Shown one piece after another: positions 1 through 12,076 of a stretch of DNA of 64,000 bases (its first letter is position 1; each line of letters starts with the position of its first letter). Source of the stretch: Mobula birostris (Eukaryota); assembly GCF_030028105.1 (NCBI RefSeq), contig NC_092391.1, positions 8,281,223 to 8,345,222 on the forward strand. Direction: 5' to 3'. The notes under the pieces were generated by a model. That model did not search any database and was not told the origin of the DNA. It worked only from the letters and a program-made list of their open reading frames with translations. Position numbers and translations under genes: made by a program.

Positions 1-1877
1 GACAATAAGGCTATAGATATAGGAGCAGAATTAGGCCATTTGGCCCATCAAGGCTGCAATTTGTCAGATATACATCAAAGCATACAGTGAAATGCATTGT
101 TTGCATCAAATCAGCAAGGATTTTTCAGAGACCAACTCTGAACTTCCCCTGAAATAGCCCAGCAAAATACACTGCCATCAAATGACCCAGCGAAAGATCT
201 CAGCTGAAACGTCCACTGTTTATTCCTCTCCACAGATGCTGCCTGAGCTGCTGAGTTTGTGTCAAATGACTGCTCACTGCCATGTACGGTAACTGATTAC
301 CTCACTCAAACCCCAGCAAAGAATGGAAAAATTACAAATGCTTTTTTGGGAAAAAATGAGGACTGTACACTAATTAGAGATTATTTTGTGCCATCAACAA
401 ACCTTGATAATTCTCATTTCCACATTACCAGCAAAGGGGTGATTCTATAAGCAGGATATCTGTACTGAATAGATCTGTTTGAATCTATTGAGTCAGTATT
501 GTCAAGGGCCACTCCCATCTATCCCACAATCTCTTTGATCTCCTATCATCAGGCAGAAAGATTTACTGTATAAGAACAACTTCTTTCCCTGAGGCTACGA
601 GACTTCTGAACATCCAGCTATCACCCCATACACATTATTTATGACAGGGCCAGTAACTGAAATACTGTTGTATATTGAACTACATGTCACAAATGCACTT
701 TATCCCACCTTATACATCTACTGAATACTTTGTGATCTGTTAATATTATTGTGTTAATATTATGTGCTGCGTGTGACATACAGTGCCTATATTCACCCCC
801 CTTGGAAGTTTTCATGTTTTATTGTTTTTCGACATTGAATCACAGTGAATTTAATTTGGCTTTTTTGACACTGATCAGCTGAAAAGACTCTTCATGTCAA
901 TGTGAAAATTAATTTCTACAAATTGGTCTAAATTTATTACAAATATAAAACACAAAATAATTGATTGCATAAATACTTACCCCTTTAAGTCAGTATTTAG
1001 TAGATGCACCTTTGGCAGCAATTACAGCCTTGAGTCTGTGTGGATAGGTCTCTATCTGGACACTGCAATTTTTCCCCTTTCTTCTTTACAAAACTGCTCA
1101 AGCTCTGTCAGATTGCATGGAGATTGTGAGTGAACAGCCCTTTTCAAGTTCAGCCACAAATTCTCAATTGGATTGAGGTCTGGACTGTAACTTGGCCACT
1201 CCAGAACGTTAACTTTGTTGTTTTTTAAGCCATTCTAGTTGGCTTTATGCTTGGGGTCATTGTCTTGCTGGAAAACAATTTTTCCCCAAGTCACAGTTCT
1301 CTTGAAGACTGCATCAGGTTTTCTTCCAGGATTTTCCTGTATTTTGCTGCATTCATTTTACCCTCTTCCTTCACAAGTCTTCCAGGACCTGCTGCAGTGA
1401 AGCATCCCCACAGCATGATGCAGCCATCACCATAGTTCATGGTAGGGATGGTGTGCTTTTGACAATGTGCTGTGTTTGGTTTACACCAAACATAGCATTT
1501 AGTCTGATGGCCTAAAAACTCAATTTTGGTTTCATCAGACCATAGAACCTTCTTCCAGCTGACTTCATTCTCCCACACGCCTTCTGGCAAACTCTAGCTG
1601 AGATTTCATGTGAGTTTTTTTCAACAGAAACTTTCTCCTTGCCACTCTCCCATAAAGCTGTAACTGTATGAAGCACCCAGGCAACAGTTGTATGCACAGT
1701 CTCTCCCAACTCAGCCACTGAAGCTTGTAACTCCTCCAGAATTGTCATAGTTCTCTGGGTAGCCTCCCTCTCTAGCTCTGTTTTTGCATGGTCACTCAGT
1801 TTTCAAGGAAGACCTGCTCTAGGCAGATCTACAGCTGTGTCATATTCTTTCCATTTCCTGATGATTGACTTAACTGT

Positions 1878-2484
1878 GGTTGTGGTGGTTGGCATCCGTC
1901 TGTCTCAAAGGACAATGGGTGATCATTATCATCATCACAAGCCTGGGTGGAAGGTACGGAGATCCTGAGATGCCCAGTCGTCAAGATCCCCCTCTTGGCC
2001 TCACCAGTGTAGTCCAAAGGACAGTTTATGAAGCAATACGTTTGCACCAGCTGGGCTACAGGAGCTGCCAGAAGGATGTTCAATGATGTCTTAGAGGCCC
2101 CACTCCAGAATCGCTGCCTGGGTTCACTCCCATAGCCTTCGTCTCTCCCAAGGCTGCCCACAAGGCAATGGGGCTATTTACCCATAGCTGGGGAACTTGT
2201 CCATGAGCACCAGGGCATGTCCATATGCCAGTGGGCCCACGTGCTACGTGTGCAGGGGCCAGGACTTCTCCCTGTCCTCTGTAGTTCAGTGTGAGCCTGA
2301 AAGTTCGGTTTCCGTGTGTCGTCAATGAGGAGGCCTACATGAGGCTTTCTGTTGGAGAGGCTATGTACTGGCAGGGAGAGACTTACACATTCATCTCTCC
2401 TTTTCGCAGGACTGCAGTGAAAGCTGAAAGTGAAAGTGACAAGCACGACCACACTAGACACGTCACAACAACCATTTTGACATT
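1878..2484 (-). mobile_element. Non-autonomous, probably RTE-derived retroposon inserted in Tc1 copy A
   Basis: Interrupts the Tc1 sequence when compared with copy B. Flanked by CTTAACTGT/CTTAATGT; minus-strand tail ...CCAACCACCACAACC. Confidence 0.55.
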
Positions 2485-2644
2485 CTTAATGTACTCCAGG
2501 GGATATTCAGTAACTTGGAAATTTTCTTGTATTCATTTCCTGTCTAGTCCTTTTCAATAATCCTTTCCTGGAGTTGCTTGGAGTGTTCTTTAGTCTTCAT
2601 GGTGTAGTTTTTGCCAGGATACTGACTCACCAGCAGCTGGACCT

Positions 2645-3608
2645 GAATTTTAATGGCGGTTGACGGTGCAATTTAAAGGTGCATTACCACCACCAACTGG
2701 ACTGGAGTGTGGTGTAGAGTTGGGAAATAAAACCCCTACTGATTCTTTATCAACTGAAAAATAAATTACCCCAAAAAAGCCCTGTAGATTTTAAATAATA
2801 AAAGACAATATTGTGAATTAAATTAAAGTCACTTCCATAACTTTGTGAAGTTTTTAAATGAAAACTGTTAATCCCCAAAGCTGGCAGTGCAGCCTTGCGT
2901 CTGCTTTCTTTCAACCCTGTATGCTTCACATTGTGAAAGAATGTGTTCAACTGTTTCATAATGACGACACCAACACACCCCAGAGTGATGTTTTCCAACA
3001 ATATATAAGGAATAATTAAGCACAGTACGTCCAATTCTAATTCGAGTCTATATGATTCCTTCCCTTGTTGTCTTACCCCCCTTCTCCTATCAATCCAACT
3101 GTTTTATGTATTCTGTAAAGAGATCTCCCCTTATCTCCACTATCCCACAAGACCTGTCATAATCCCCTAATTCTTAGCCCCACCGACCCCTTAGTTTCTG
3201 ACTTGCTAAGTGGAAGATCTATATCCACAGATGAACTTTTAACAGCTTTTTTGGCCAAACAATCAACCTGCTCATTCCCCTCAACACTTCTTTGTGCAGG
3301 AATCCATAAGAAGAGGACATGTAGGCCAATACTTTGAATATGAAATAAAGTTTGAAGAGCTTCCAACGGTAAATCAGACCTACTGCTAGAATGACCTGTC
3401 TTAAGACTAGTCAAGACTGAAAAAGAATCTGAACAAGTTATAACTTTGCAGGGACAGATTTCCTCCACCCACTGTAAGACCAAAATGACGGCAATCAGCT
3501 CTGCGGTATACACTGATAAATAAGTCGTTAGTAAGACGCTTCTTTATGTTACCTGTAATTCAGGCTTAGAACAACCACACCAACATTTCCTGTTAAATTA
3601 TCTTTTGA
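2645..3608 (-). mobile_element. 3' fragment of an I/Nimb-clade LINE with RNase H, inserted in Tc1 copy A
   Basis: ORF 3157-3513 (YTAELIAV...CSDS...WIPA...GNEQVDCLAK) is an RNase H. 3' UTR motif CCAGTTGGTGGTGGTAATGCACC. Degenerate 11-bp TSD CAGCTGGACCT/CAGTTTGACCT. Confidence 0.75.
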
Positions 3609-3967
3609 CAGTTTGACCTTCCAGATGTAGGTTAATTTTTACCTCTGTCAATTGAAACACCTTGACTGCACACAGGTGATCTCCATTTAACTAATTTTGT
3701 GATTTCTAAAACCAATTGGCTGCACCAGTGATGATTTGGTGTGTCATATTAAAGGGGGTGAATAACTTATGCAATCAATATTTTGTATTTTATATTCATT
3801 ATTAATTTAGATCACTTTGTAGAGGATCTGTTTTCACTTGACACGAAAGGGTCTTTTTTCTGTTGAACAGAGTCAAAAAAAGCCAAATTAAATCCACAGT
3901 GATTCAATGTTGTAAAACAATAAAACATGAAAACTTCCAAGGGGGGGATGAATATTTTTATACCCAC

Positions 3968-4635
3968 TGTAGTGTTCTCGTGCAGTGTGTTGAAACTCTG
4001 ACTAAACACCAAGTTAAACCGGAGTCAATGAAGACAGAGTCGTAGTAAGGTTAACCATTTACTGTTCACTCTTCCACATTAACGTCGTATGGTGAAAACT
4101 GTTGATAAAAAATACAAACATATACAGCATCTGTTTCATTCTGGAGACCACCCGCTCTCTCTTCTTTTAGCGAGTGTCGCCAGCCACCAGAGTAGCGGGC
4201 AAGGGGGGGTCGCGTCAAACCACCTTCGGGCTCGAGCCCACCCCGCGTTTGAAATTGAAAAGCCAGCAGCGCGCCGCCCCAACCGCCGCTTCCTTAACAG
4301 AAACCGCGTTAATATTTTTACTTCAAATACATTCTTATGAACTTACGGTGTTGCATCTATAATGTTTCTTCGTGGGTAGACACGGAGCTCTTCACGATCA
4401 TGCTGCACGCATGGCACCCGCCTTCACGCCTTCTCCGAACCGGAAGTTACACATAAGACGCAGCGAAATCGGAGGTGACATCATCACATGCCGCAATATA
4501 CCATAGACAATGAATTTACCTTTGTTATACTGTAATTTAATTATCAACCTTTAACTTTAACTAGAAAATAGTTACAAACAAATCATTTAAAACGTAGACC
4601 CAACAAAGTCAAATAAATGCCTTAAGGACAACACA
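3968..4635 (-). mobile_element. Probable solo LTR (BEL/Pao-like) inserted in the Tc1 terminal repeat
   Basis: TGT...ACA ends, CCCAC/TCCAC 5-bp flanks, CpG-rich and non-coding. The Tc1 terminal TG|TA and the host repeat resume at 4641. Confidence 0.5.
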
Positions 4636-5130
4636 TCCACTGTATGTACCGTATTTTGCATGTTGGTCCCAGAAGGACATTGTTTCATTTAGATGTATAC
4701 ACGTATATGGTTAAATGACCATAAACATGACGTTGAACTTGACCTTGAACCCGCAACACCTCTTCCTAATCCAATCGATGATGATCTGTTCTTTATCTCC
4801 AGTGGAAAAGTTAGACTTTGTCACCAGTTGCCAAGTTTTGCCTTCTGTCTGCAGGAATCTCTGATTACATGATGAGAATAGAAAGCTACAATGAATCTAT
4901 CAAATCCCCATCAGCAGTGCCAATAATTTGCAAAACAAACTCTGAACCCTGAAGAATAGTTCCACAAGCACGCAACTTTAATTTTAAAGTGTAAAATGAC
5001 GTGTTGACATCAAAATTAAAATATAGCTTATACAACTTATTTAAGCTGTAACCCTGAAGGTAGTCATTTTCACTCTCACTCCAGTACTAGTCTCTTATTC
5101 TCCTAAATGGAAAATCAGAATTTCATCAGA

Positions 5131-5190
5131 GTTGCTATGGAGATGAGTAATGAGGAATCTAGAGGAATTCAAATGGTTTCCATGGGCAAC
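5131..5190. promoter_or_regulatory. Pair of RFX X-box motifs, candidate WDR38 ciliary enhancer
   Basis: GTTGCTATGGAGAT (5131-5144) and GTTTCCATGGGCAAC (5176-5190) in apparently unique sequence about 4.1 kb upstream of the WDR38 ATG. Confidence 0.45.
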
Positions 5191-5269
5191 TCTCACATTT
5201 AGAATATGAGGGGGAAAAAAATAACTTGTTCTTGTCATTTGGCCTCAAAACAATTTCTACGATACATTA

Positions 5270-5495
5270 TAAACGCAAGAGATTCTGCAGATGCTGGAAA
5301 TCCAAAGCAACACACACAAAATGCTTCAGGAACTCAGCAGACCAGGCAACATCTATGGAGAGGAATAAACAGTTGACATTTCTGACCGAGACCCGATGAG
5401 TCCCAGTGAAAGGTCTCGGCCCGAAACACCGACTGTTGATCCTCTCCATAGATGCTGCCTGACTTGCTGAGTTCCTCCAGCATTGTGTGTGTGTT
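5270..5495. mobile_element. Palindromic Penelope-derived mini-element with a decayed hammerhead core
   Basis: Inverted arms AGGAACTCAGCAG...CATCTATGGAG / CTCCATAGATGCTGCC...GAGTTCCTCC. Confidence 0.75.
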
Positions 5496-5996
5496 ATTCT
5501 GCAATATATTCTCAGTGTTTAGTGTTTTGAGTTGAAGTTGGTCACAGGCCATTGATGTTGTTACCATTGAGAAGTGCTTCACCTGGAGAGAGCTAAGCGG
5601 GCGACAAAAGGAAGGGGGAAGACCACAGCTTCCATCCGAAGCTAAAAAGGGACCATTGCATCGGAGTAGTCGATCAATCCCCAGACACGAGATACACTCA
5701 CCGGTTCAGCCAAGTTGCAAGCTTGGCATTGAGTGACCCCACCACTAGTCCAGCCCAACATGAGCCTCTCCACACCAATCCATCTGGACATCGGGGGCAG
5801 GGGGGAATTGTTTAGTAGATTTGCACCACCTTCCTAGAACAGCAGCGGGTGGCAAGGGTTGTTTTATTAGCCCCATGGCATTTCCCAGAAGGGAGCTTTA
5901 GGAGAAGGCAGGGGGTGTAGTTCCCACGATGATTTTGTGATGGTGAGTTCCAGCCAGTGACCTTTTCTGCTGACCTGAGCTATCACCGTTATTCCA

Positions 5997-6673
5997 AGCA
6001 GCACACATCAAAGTTGCTGGTGAACGCAGCAGGCCAGGCAGCATCTCTAGGAAGAGGTACAGTCCCAGTGGTCACACATTTTAATTCCACGTTCCATTCC
6101 CATTCTGATATGTCTATCCACGGCCTCCTCTACTGTGAAGATGAAGCCACACTCAGGTTGGAGGAACAACACCTTATATTCCGTCTGGGTAGCCTCCAAC
6201 CTGATGGCATGAACAGTGATTTCTCAAACTTCCGCTAATGCCTCACCTCCCCCTCGTACCCCATCTGTTATTTATTTATATACACACATTCTTTTTCTCT
6301 CTCTCTTTTTTCTCCCTCTGCCCCTCTCACTATACCCCCTGCCCATCCTCTGGGTTTCCCCCCCCCTCCCCCTTTTCTTTCTCCCTGGGCCTCCCGTCCC
6401 ATGATCCTCTCATATCCCTTTTGACAATCACCTGTCCCGCTCTTGGCTCCATCCCTCCCCCTCCTGTCTTCTATCATTTTGGATCTCCCCCTCCCCCTCC
6501 CACTTTCAAATCTCTTACTAGCTCTTCTTTCAGTTAGTCCTGACGAAGGGTCTTGGCCCGAAACGTTGACTGTACCTCTTCCTAGAGATGCTGCCTGTCC
6601 TGCTGCGTTCACCAGCAACTTTGATGTGTGACGCTTGAAATTCCAGCATCTGCAGAATTCCTTGTGTTTGTGA
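5997..6673 (+). mobile_element. 5'-truncated Penelope-like element: GIY-YIG C-terminus, pseudo-LTR and inverted pLTR fragment
   Basis: Peptide PVVTHFNS...LRLEEQHLIFRLGSLQPDGMN is typical of the Penelope endonuclease. Inverted repeat about 6003-6063 vs 6569-6630. TSD-like CCGTTATTCCA/CCATTATTCCA. Confidence 0.85.
6536..6571 (+). ncRNA. Minimal type I hammerhead ribozyme in the Penelope pLTR
   Basis: AGTC-CTGACGA-A-GGG(TCTTGG)CCC-GAAA-CGTT-GACT. Stem I AGTC/GACT, CUGANGA and GAAA boxes, stem II, palindromic ACGT stem III, GUU cleavage triplet. Confidence 0.7.
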
Positions 6674-7043
6674 CCATTATTCCATTACGTCTGGAATTCC
6701 CTCCTCAACAGCACCTTCTTCTTAAAGGCCCTGTGAATTCAGGGGGGAGCCCAACCCCCACCTTCCAAAGGGTGTAGCTACACCTCAGTGACATAAGTGT
6801 TTGATGACATCAGCTCATAGCCATCACTTATGATGTCATAATCAATATTGACCATCTTACGCTCAGTCCTTCCAATATTACAATAAAGGAACAGGTAATT
6901 CAGCTCAAACTATACAAGATTTCTCAGCACGGGAACAATGGTATTAGGTGCAGTGAGAGAGAAAGTTTTTGCAGCTCCAGGACCTAGGCTCCTCAAAGAG
7001 TCATTTAGTACAGAAATAGGCCCTTCAGTCCACAGAATCCACA

Positions 7044-7330
7044 GCGGCAGCACGGTAGCATAGCGGTTAGCATAACGCTTTACAGCATTGGTTATATGGA
7101 TTGGGGGGTTCAGTTCTTACTGCTGTCTGTAATCAGTGTGTATGTTCTCCCCATGACTGTGTAGGTTTCCTCCGGGTGCCCTGGTTGCCTCCCACATTCC
7201 AAAGGCGTATGGTCAGGGTTAGGGTTCGTGCAACGTGGGCACGCTACGTTGGCGACACTTGCGGGCAGCCCCCAGCACATCCTCAGACTGTGTTGGTTGT
7301 AAACACAAATGACAGGTTTCACTCTATATA
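7044..7330 (+). mobile_element. tRNA-derived V-SINE/HE1-like SINE
   Basis: Head GCACGGTAGCATAGCGGTTAG, central TTCTCCCC..GGTTTCCTCCGGGTGC..CCTCCCACA. Other copies at about 7420-7600(-), 9380-9665, 28670-28870, 29770-30190, 30840-31060, 36770-37010(-), 38720-38910(-), 42180-42385, 46230-46460, 48280-48425, 51540-51905 and 62360-62625. Confidence 0.75.
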
Positions 7331-7596
7331 ATCTTTAACCTTCTATTTTGAGTCTGTAGTGAGCAGCTGGCATCCATGTACAGTCACTCAATTAAATTCT
7401 CCTCACATTCCCCCAGATTCTACTATTCACCTACGCACTAGGCGTAACTTACAATTAACATACCAACCTGTGTGCCTCTGGGGCATGGGGGGGAGCCCCA
7501 GCACCAGGCGGAAACCCACGTGGTCACTGGGAGAGCATGCAAACTCCACACTGACAGCACTGGAGGTCAGGAGTGAGCCTGGGTCACCAAAGTTCT

Positions 7597-7752
7597 GAGG
7601 CAGCAGCCCTGTAAGATGTGCAATACTGCGGGAGCAGCTCTACGAGGTGTGCAGTACTGAGGGAGCAGCCCTACTAGATGAGCTGTACTGAGGGAGCAGC
7701 TCTACTAGATGAGCTGTACTGAGGGAGCAGCTCTACCAGATGAGCAGTTCTG
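7597..7752. repeat. 31-bp tandem repeat, about 5 copies
   Basis: Unit GAGGGAGCAGCTCTACTAGATGAGCTGTACT at 7659, 7690 and 7721. Confidence 0.85.
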
Positions 7753-8139
7753 CGATCACTCGAGTCGAGTGTGACATTCTCCTAAGGGGTTGTCATTTCC
7801 TGGGTCCTCAGGTGGCTGTAGATGTGCACTCTGACAAATGTCAGCAGGCTCTCATGCTTCTGGTTATGTGGAGCAAACCCGATCCAACGGGACACTGGAG
7901 TGGCTGAGTCCAGAGGCAACATAAGACTTGCTGAGCCTTTGCACTACAAATGGGCTGAGCTAGAAACTGAAATTCCATAACCAAATTTCATGTAAATTTT
8001 TACATGAGGAAATTAGAATCCACATGCAGAAAATAGTCAGAGATTTTGTTAACAGTAATTAATGTTAAATTCACATTTCACTTGGGCTTCAGATAATATT
8101 ATGAGGCCCTCCACTGGATGGGTTGACCATGGGATGTTG

Positions 8140-8445
8140 CTAGAACTAGGGGACATTGCCTCAAGATTCGGGGGAGTAGATTTAGGACAGAGATGGGGAG
8201 GAACTGCTTTTCCCAGAGAGTGGTGAATCTGTGGAATTCTCTGCCCAACGAAGCAGTGGAGGCTACCACAGTAAATATATTTAAGGCAAGGTTGAATAGA
8301 TGTTTGCAAAGTAGGGGAATTAAAAGTTATGGGGAAAAGGCAGGTAGGTGGAGACGAGTCCATGGCCAGGTCAGCCATGATCTTATTGAATGGTGGAGCA
8401 GGCTCGATGGGCCAGATGGCCGACTCCTGCTCCTATTTCTTATGT
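8140..8445 (+). mobile_element. CR1 LINE 3' fragment
   Basis: RNCFSQRVVNLWNSLP...FKARL motif plus CR1 tail. Confidence 0.85.
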
Positions 8446-9256
8446 TGTGTGCTAGTGCCTACATATACACAAACCAGGATAGTACGATATGGAGAGGAAG
8501 CTGTGCCCATGCAGAGGTCTCCATGCAGCTGATGAATCCAAAGGAATGGCAGAGACCGATACAGTTTGGCACCATTGCAGTCACAGGAGTTCCCAGTCAG
8601 TGTTGAACTCAACACTCCAGCCCTGGATTGTTCCTCCGGGTTTACTCCCAAAGCCTTCCCCATGATAAGTTATAGCCACAAAGTAGCCAAGGTTTGAGAT
8701 CAGAGTTTTGCTTCTCCGAGATGAGCTGGCAACCACGGCTGACGTGTCCCATCTGCCTGAAGCGACTGGTTTTAAAGCTCCAGTAACCTGCCTTTGCTCC
8801 TTCTCCTGTCAGCAGAACCAGTCCTGGCCGGTTTAGTAGCTAAGCCACACGTGAAGGCCAGGAACTGGACACTAAAGCACAATGTTTCTGAGCAAGTCAA
8901 GTTCATAAAAGTTTGAATTCTCATCAGTTCTGTTAACCAGAACAGAGGTGTGACCACCCTTGACAATGATGGAGGCTGTGGTGAGGGTCTGGATCATAGA
9001 GGTAACTTTGTGACAGACAGGTACCCATAGTCAGTGAGGAGCCTGAAATAGCTTCTCTTCAGTGAATAATAGGCTGTCACTACAGTTATGATCCTTACTC
9101 TGAACACATGCAAATTAACGCCACCAAGACCCGATGTCAATCCCCTTCTGAAGAATTGCTGCTTCTTGTAGCTTACAGCAGATACGTGAATTCCACACCA
9201 GCTGCCCATTCTGTCTTGTCGTCTGTAAATATTGATCTCTACCTCGGCAACTGATC

Positions 9257-9325
9257 ATGTGGAGGACAATAGCTTCAGGCTTCAATCAAATATCTGAGAA
9301 ATTCTTCAAAGCTCACAAAGCCCAG
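9257..9325 (+). CDS. WDR38: WDR38 coding exon 1 (MWRTIASGFNQISEKFFKAHKAQ)
   Basis: ATG at 9257, 23 codons, donor CAG|GTAGGG, phase 0 matching exon 2. KFFKAHKAQ|VNHCAFS resembles the human WDR38 N-terminus KFFGQHGGE|VNSSAFS as recalled. Confidence 0.75.
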
Positions 9326-10109
9326 GTAGGGAGCTAAGAAACCAGCAGCTGACCTTAGACTTTGGGATAAACACTGTGTGGGACACCATGGTGGCATAGT
9401 GGTTAACACAACGTTATTACAGTTTGGGACTTTGAAGATCAGAGTTCAATTCCCTGCCTGTAAGAAGTTTGTACATTCTCCCTATGAGCACGTGGGTTTC
9501 CTCCAGGTGCTCCAGTTTCCTCCCACAGTCCAAAGGCATACTGGTTAGCAGGTTAACTGGTCATTGTATATTGTCCTGTAATTAAGCTAGTGTTAAGTAG
9601 TTGGGTTGCTGGGCCATGTGGCTCGTTAGGTTAGAAGGGCCTGTTCCATACTGTATCTCTAAATAGATAAAAATACAGCCCTTATCAGAAATAGGCTATA
9701 ACCAGCAAGAAAATTTGTCAAAGTTTGAGAAGTCATGCCAAATCTTCGCAAACTCATAAGGAAGTAAAAGTGCTGCTGTGCTTTCTTCGTAATTGCACGT
9801 TTATGCTGGGCCCGGGACAGGTCCCCTGAAATGATAACACCGAGGAATTTAAAGGTGCTGACCCTCTCCACCTCTGATCCTCTGATGAGGACCGGCTCGT
9901 GGGCCTCCGGTTTCCTTCTCCTAAAGTCAACTATCAGCTCTTAGTCTTGTTGATATTGAGTAGGAGGTTGCTGTTATGTAATAGAATTATGCCTACCACT
10001 ACGTTACCATGGTCACCCTGATTATATTCAATTTATCCTCTTTGGTTATTAACTGGCATCCCAGAGCAAACAGACGTCCCAAAAGAGCTACTGAAAGCCC
10101 CCGTAACTT

Positions 10110-10705
10110 TGAATATAAAGAGAGCTTTTGGCACATTGGCCTTCATAAATCAAAGGGGTCAGGATGTTACGTATAAAGTGCTGGTGCAGTTCTGCTCACC
10201 TACCTATAGGAAAGATAGCGATGAGATTGAAAGAGTGCAGAGAAAATTTACAAGGTTGTTCCCAGGACTTGAGGACCTCAGGCGTGTATAGGGACAGGTT
10301 GAATAGGTTGGGATTTTATTTCCTAGAGCATAGGAGAAAGAGGGGAGATTTTAATAGAGGGATACAATTATGAGGGGTATAGATAGGGTAAATGCAAGTC
10401 TGCTTTTTCTGCAGAAATTGGATGAGACTAGAACCAAAGGTCATGGTTTAAGGATGAAAGGTGAAATGTTTAAGGGGGAAATTAAGGGGGAATTCTGTCT
10501 CTCAGAGGGTGGTGAGAGTGCGGAATGAGCTGCCAGCGGAAGTGATGGAGGTGGGTTCAATTTCAACATCTAAGAGAAATTTGGATAGGTACGTGGATAG
10601 GAGGGGTACGGAGAGCTATGGTCCGGGAGCTGGTTGATGCGACAAGGCAGAATAATTATTCAGCACAGACTAGATGGGCTAAAGGGCGTGTTTCTGTGCA
10701 TGTGA
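10110..10705 (+). mobile_element. CR1 LINE 3' fragment
   Basis: RAFGTLAFI..VQFCSPTYRKD..IERVQRKFTR, frameshifted. Confidence 0.85.
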
Positions 10706-12076
10706 CTCTTTGTCCAAAAACGCTTCTCTTGGCCTTCCTGGTAAAAACAGTCAAAGTTTCTTCAGACAGCCCCGCTTCACAATAGCACCTCCTCCAGGGC
10801 TGTTAACAATTTCTGGCAACTGGGTGCTACCAAGACCAATTTTAAAGTTCAAAGTAAATTTATTATCAAATACATCTATCTCACCATATATAACCCTGAG
10901 GTTTATTGTTGTGGCTGTGCACAACTATGTATCGATTAAATAAAAACCCTGGACACTAGAGATGGCTTTAACTGGTGTATTCACAGTGTAACGAGAGAGA
11001 GCAATCAATCCACATGCATAGACAACAGATCAATATGTAGTGCTGGGGAGGTGGGGGGAGGTCATTGCTATAAAAGAAATAGATCCATATAAAAGAAATA
11101 GATCCGTATAAAAGAAATAGATCTGTATATTGCATTTATTCTCTTGAAGAAAATTTAACTTAATTCAATTTATGATGGGTGGTTAGTGAACATTGGAGGG
11201 CCATTCCTAAATCCATTGAGGTGTATTCACTTCATCAACGCTGGTGGAAGGTGAATATGGTGATAAATTTCTGTCGGTCGGATGAGCCATTACACTGGGG
11301 ATACAATCTGGAGCAGCATATAGTCTGCTGGTGGATCTCAGCAGGTCGAGCAGCATCTGTGGGGGAGAATTGTTGTCCTTTAGGGTCGAAAGTCTGCATA
11401 TCTGCAGAGTTTTGAACCAAAGTGTTGACAATAGAACATAGAACATTACAGCACAGTACAGGCTCTGGGCCTATGATGTGCCGGCCTTTTAACCTACTCC
11501 AAGATCAATCTAACCTTCCCTCCTACATATCCCTCCATTTTTCTATCATCCATGTGCCTATCTAAGAGGTTCTTAAATGGCCCTCATGTATCTGCCTGAC
11601 CTGCCATGCTTGGCAGGGTTTTCCACGCATCCACCACACTCTGTGTAAAAAAACCTACCTCTGACATCACATCCCCCTACATTTTCCTCCAGTCACCATA
11701 AAGCTATGACCCCTTGCATTAGCCATTTCCACCCTGGGAGAAAGTCTCTGGCTGTCCATTCAATCTACGCCTCAGGTCCTGATGAAGGGTCTTGGCCCAA
11801 AACGTCAAATATTTACTCCTCTCTACAGCTGTTGCAGATCAGTTCCTCCACCATCTTGTGTGTGTTGCTCAAGATTTCCAGCATCAGCAGAATCTCTTGT
11901 CTTTATGACTGTTGTTTCCATGCACTCGTTATGTGGTATCTCCTGTGGCCATTGACTGTATAAAGTCTGTTCAGAGATGCTCTGCCATCTGATTTCTGAA
12001 TAAACATTGAACCAATGAATCCTCACTACTTTTTTATTTCTATTTTTGCACTACTTATTTAATTATTTAATATATT

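Larger units (their letters stand above)
781..4642 (-). mobile_element. Decayed Tc1/mariner (IR/DR type) transposon, copy A, with three nested insertions
   Basis: TA|CAGTG...CACTG|TA ends and about 200-bp inverted repeats. Minus-strand transposase fragments include [13 protein letters not shown] and GCIMLWGCF; start codon at about 2600. Confidence 0.9.

Noticed and set aside
4855-4952. Possible terminal exon of an upstream gene (pyrimidine tract plus CAG acceptor)
   Set aside because: The translations resemble nothing recognisable, and there is no supporting upstream exon in the window.
6880-6950. Possible WDR38 exon 1 (KISQHGNN / ACAATG|GTATTA)
   Set aside because: No in-frame start codon for the similar peptide, and the wrong phase.
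8966-9001. Alternative WDR38 first exon MMEAVVRVWIIE|GTAACT
   Set aside because: Phase-compatible, but 9257-9325 gives a much better match (KFF..H motif, 23 codons).
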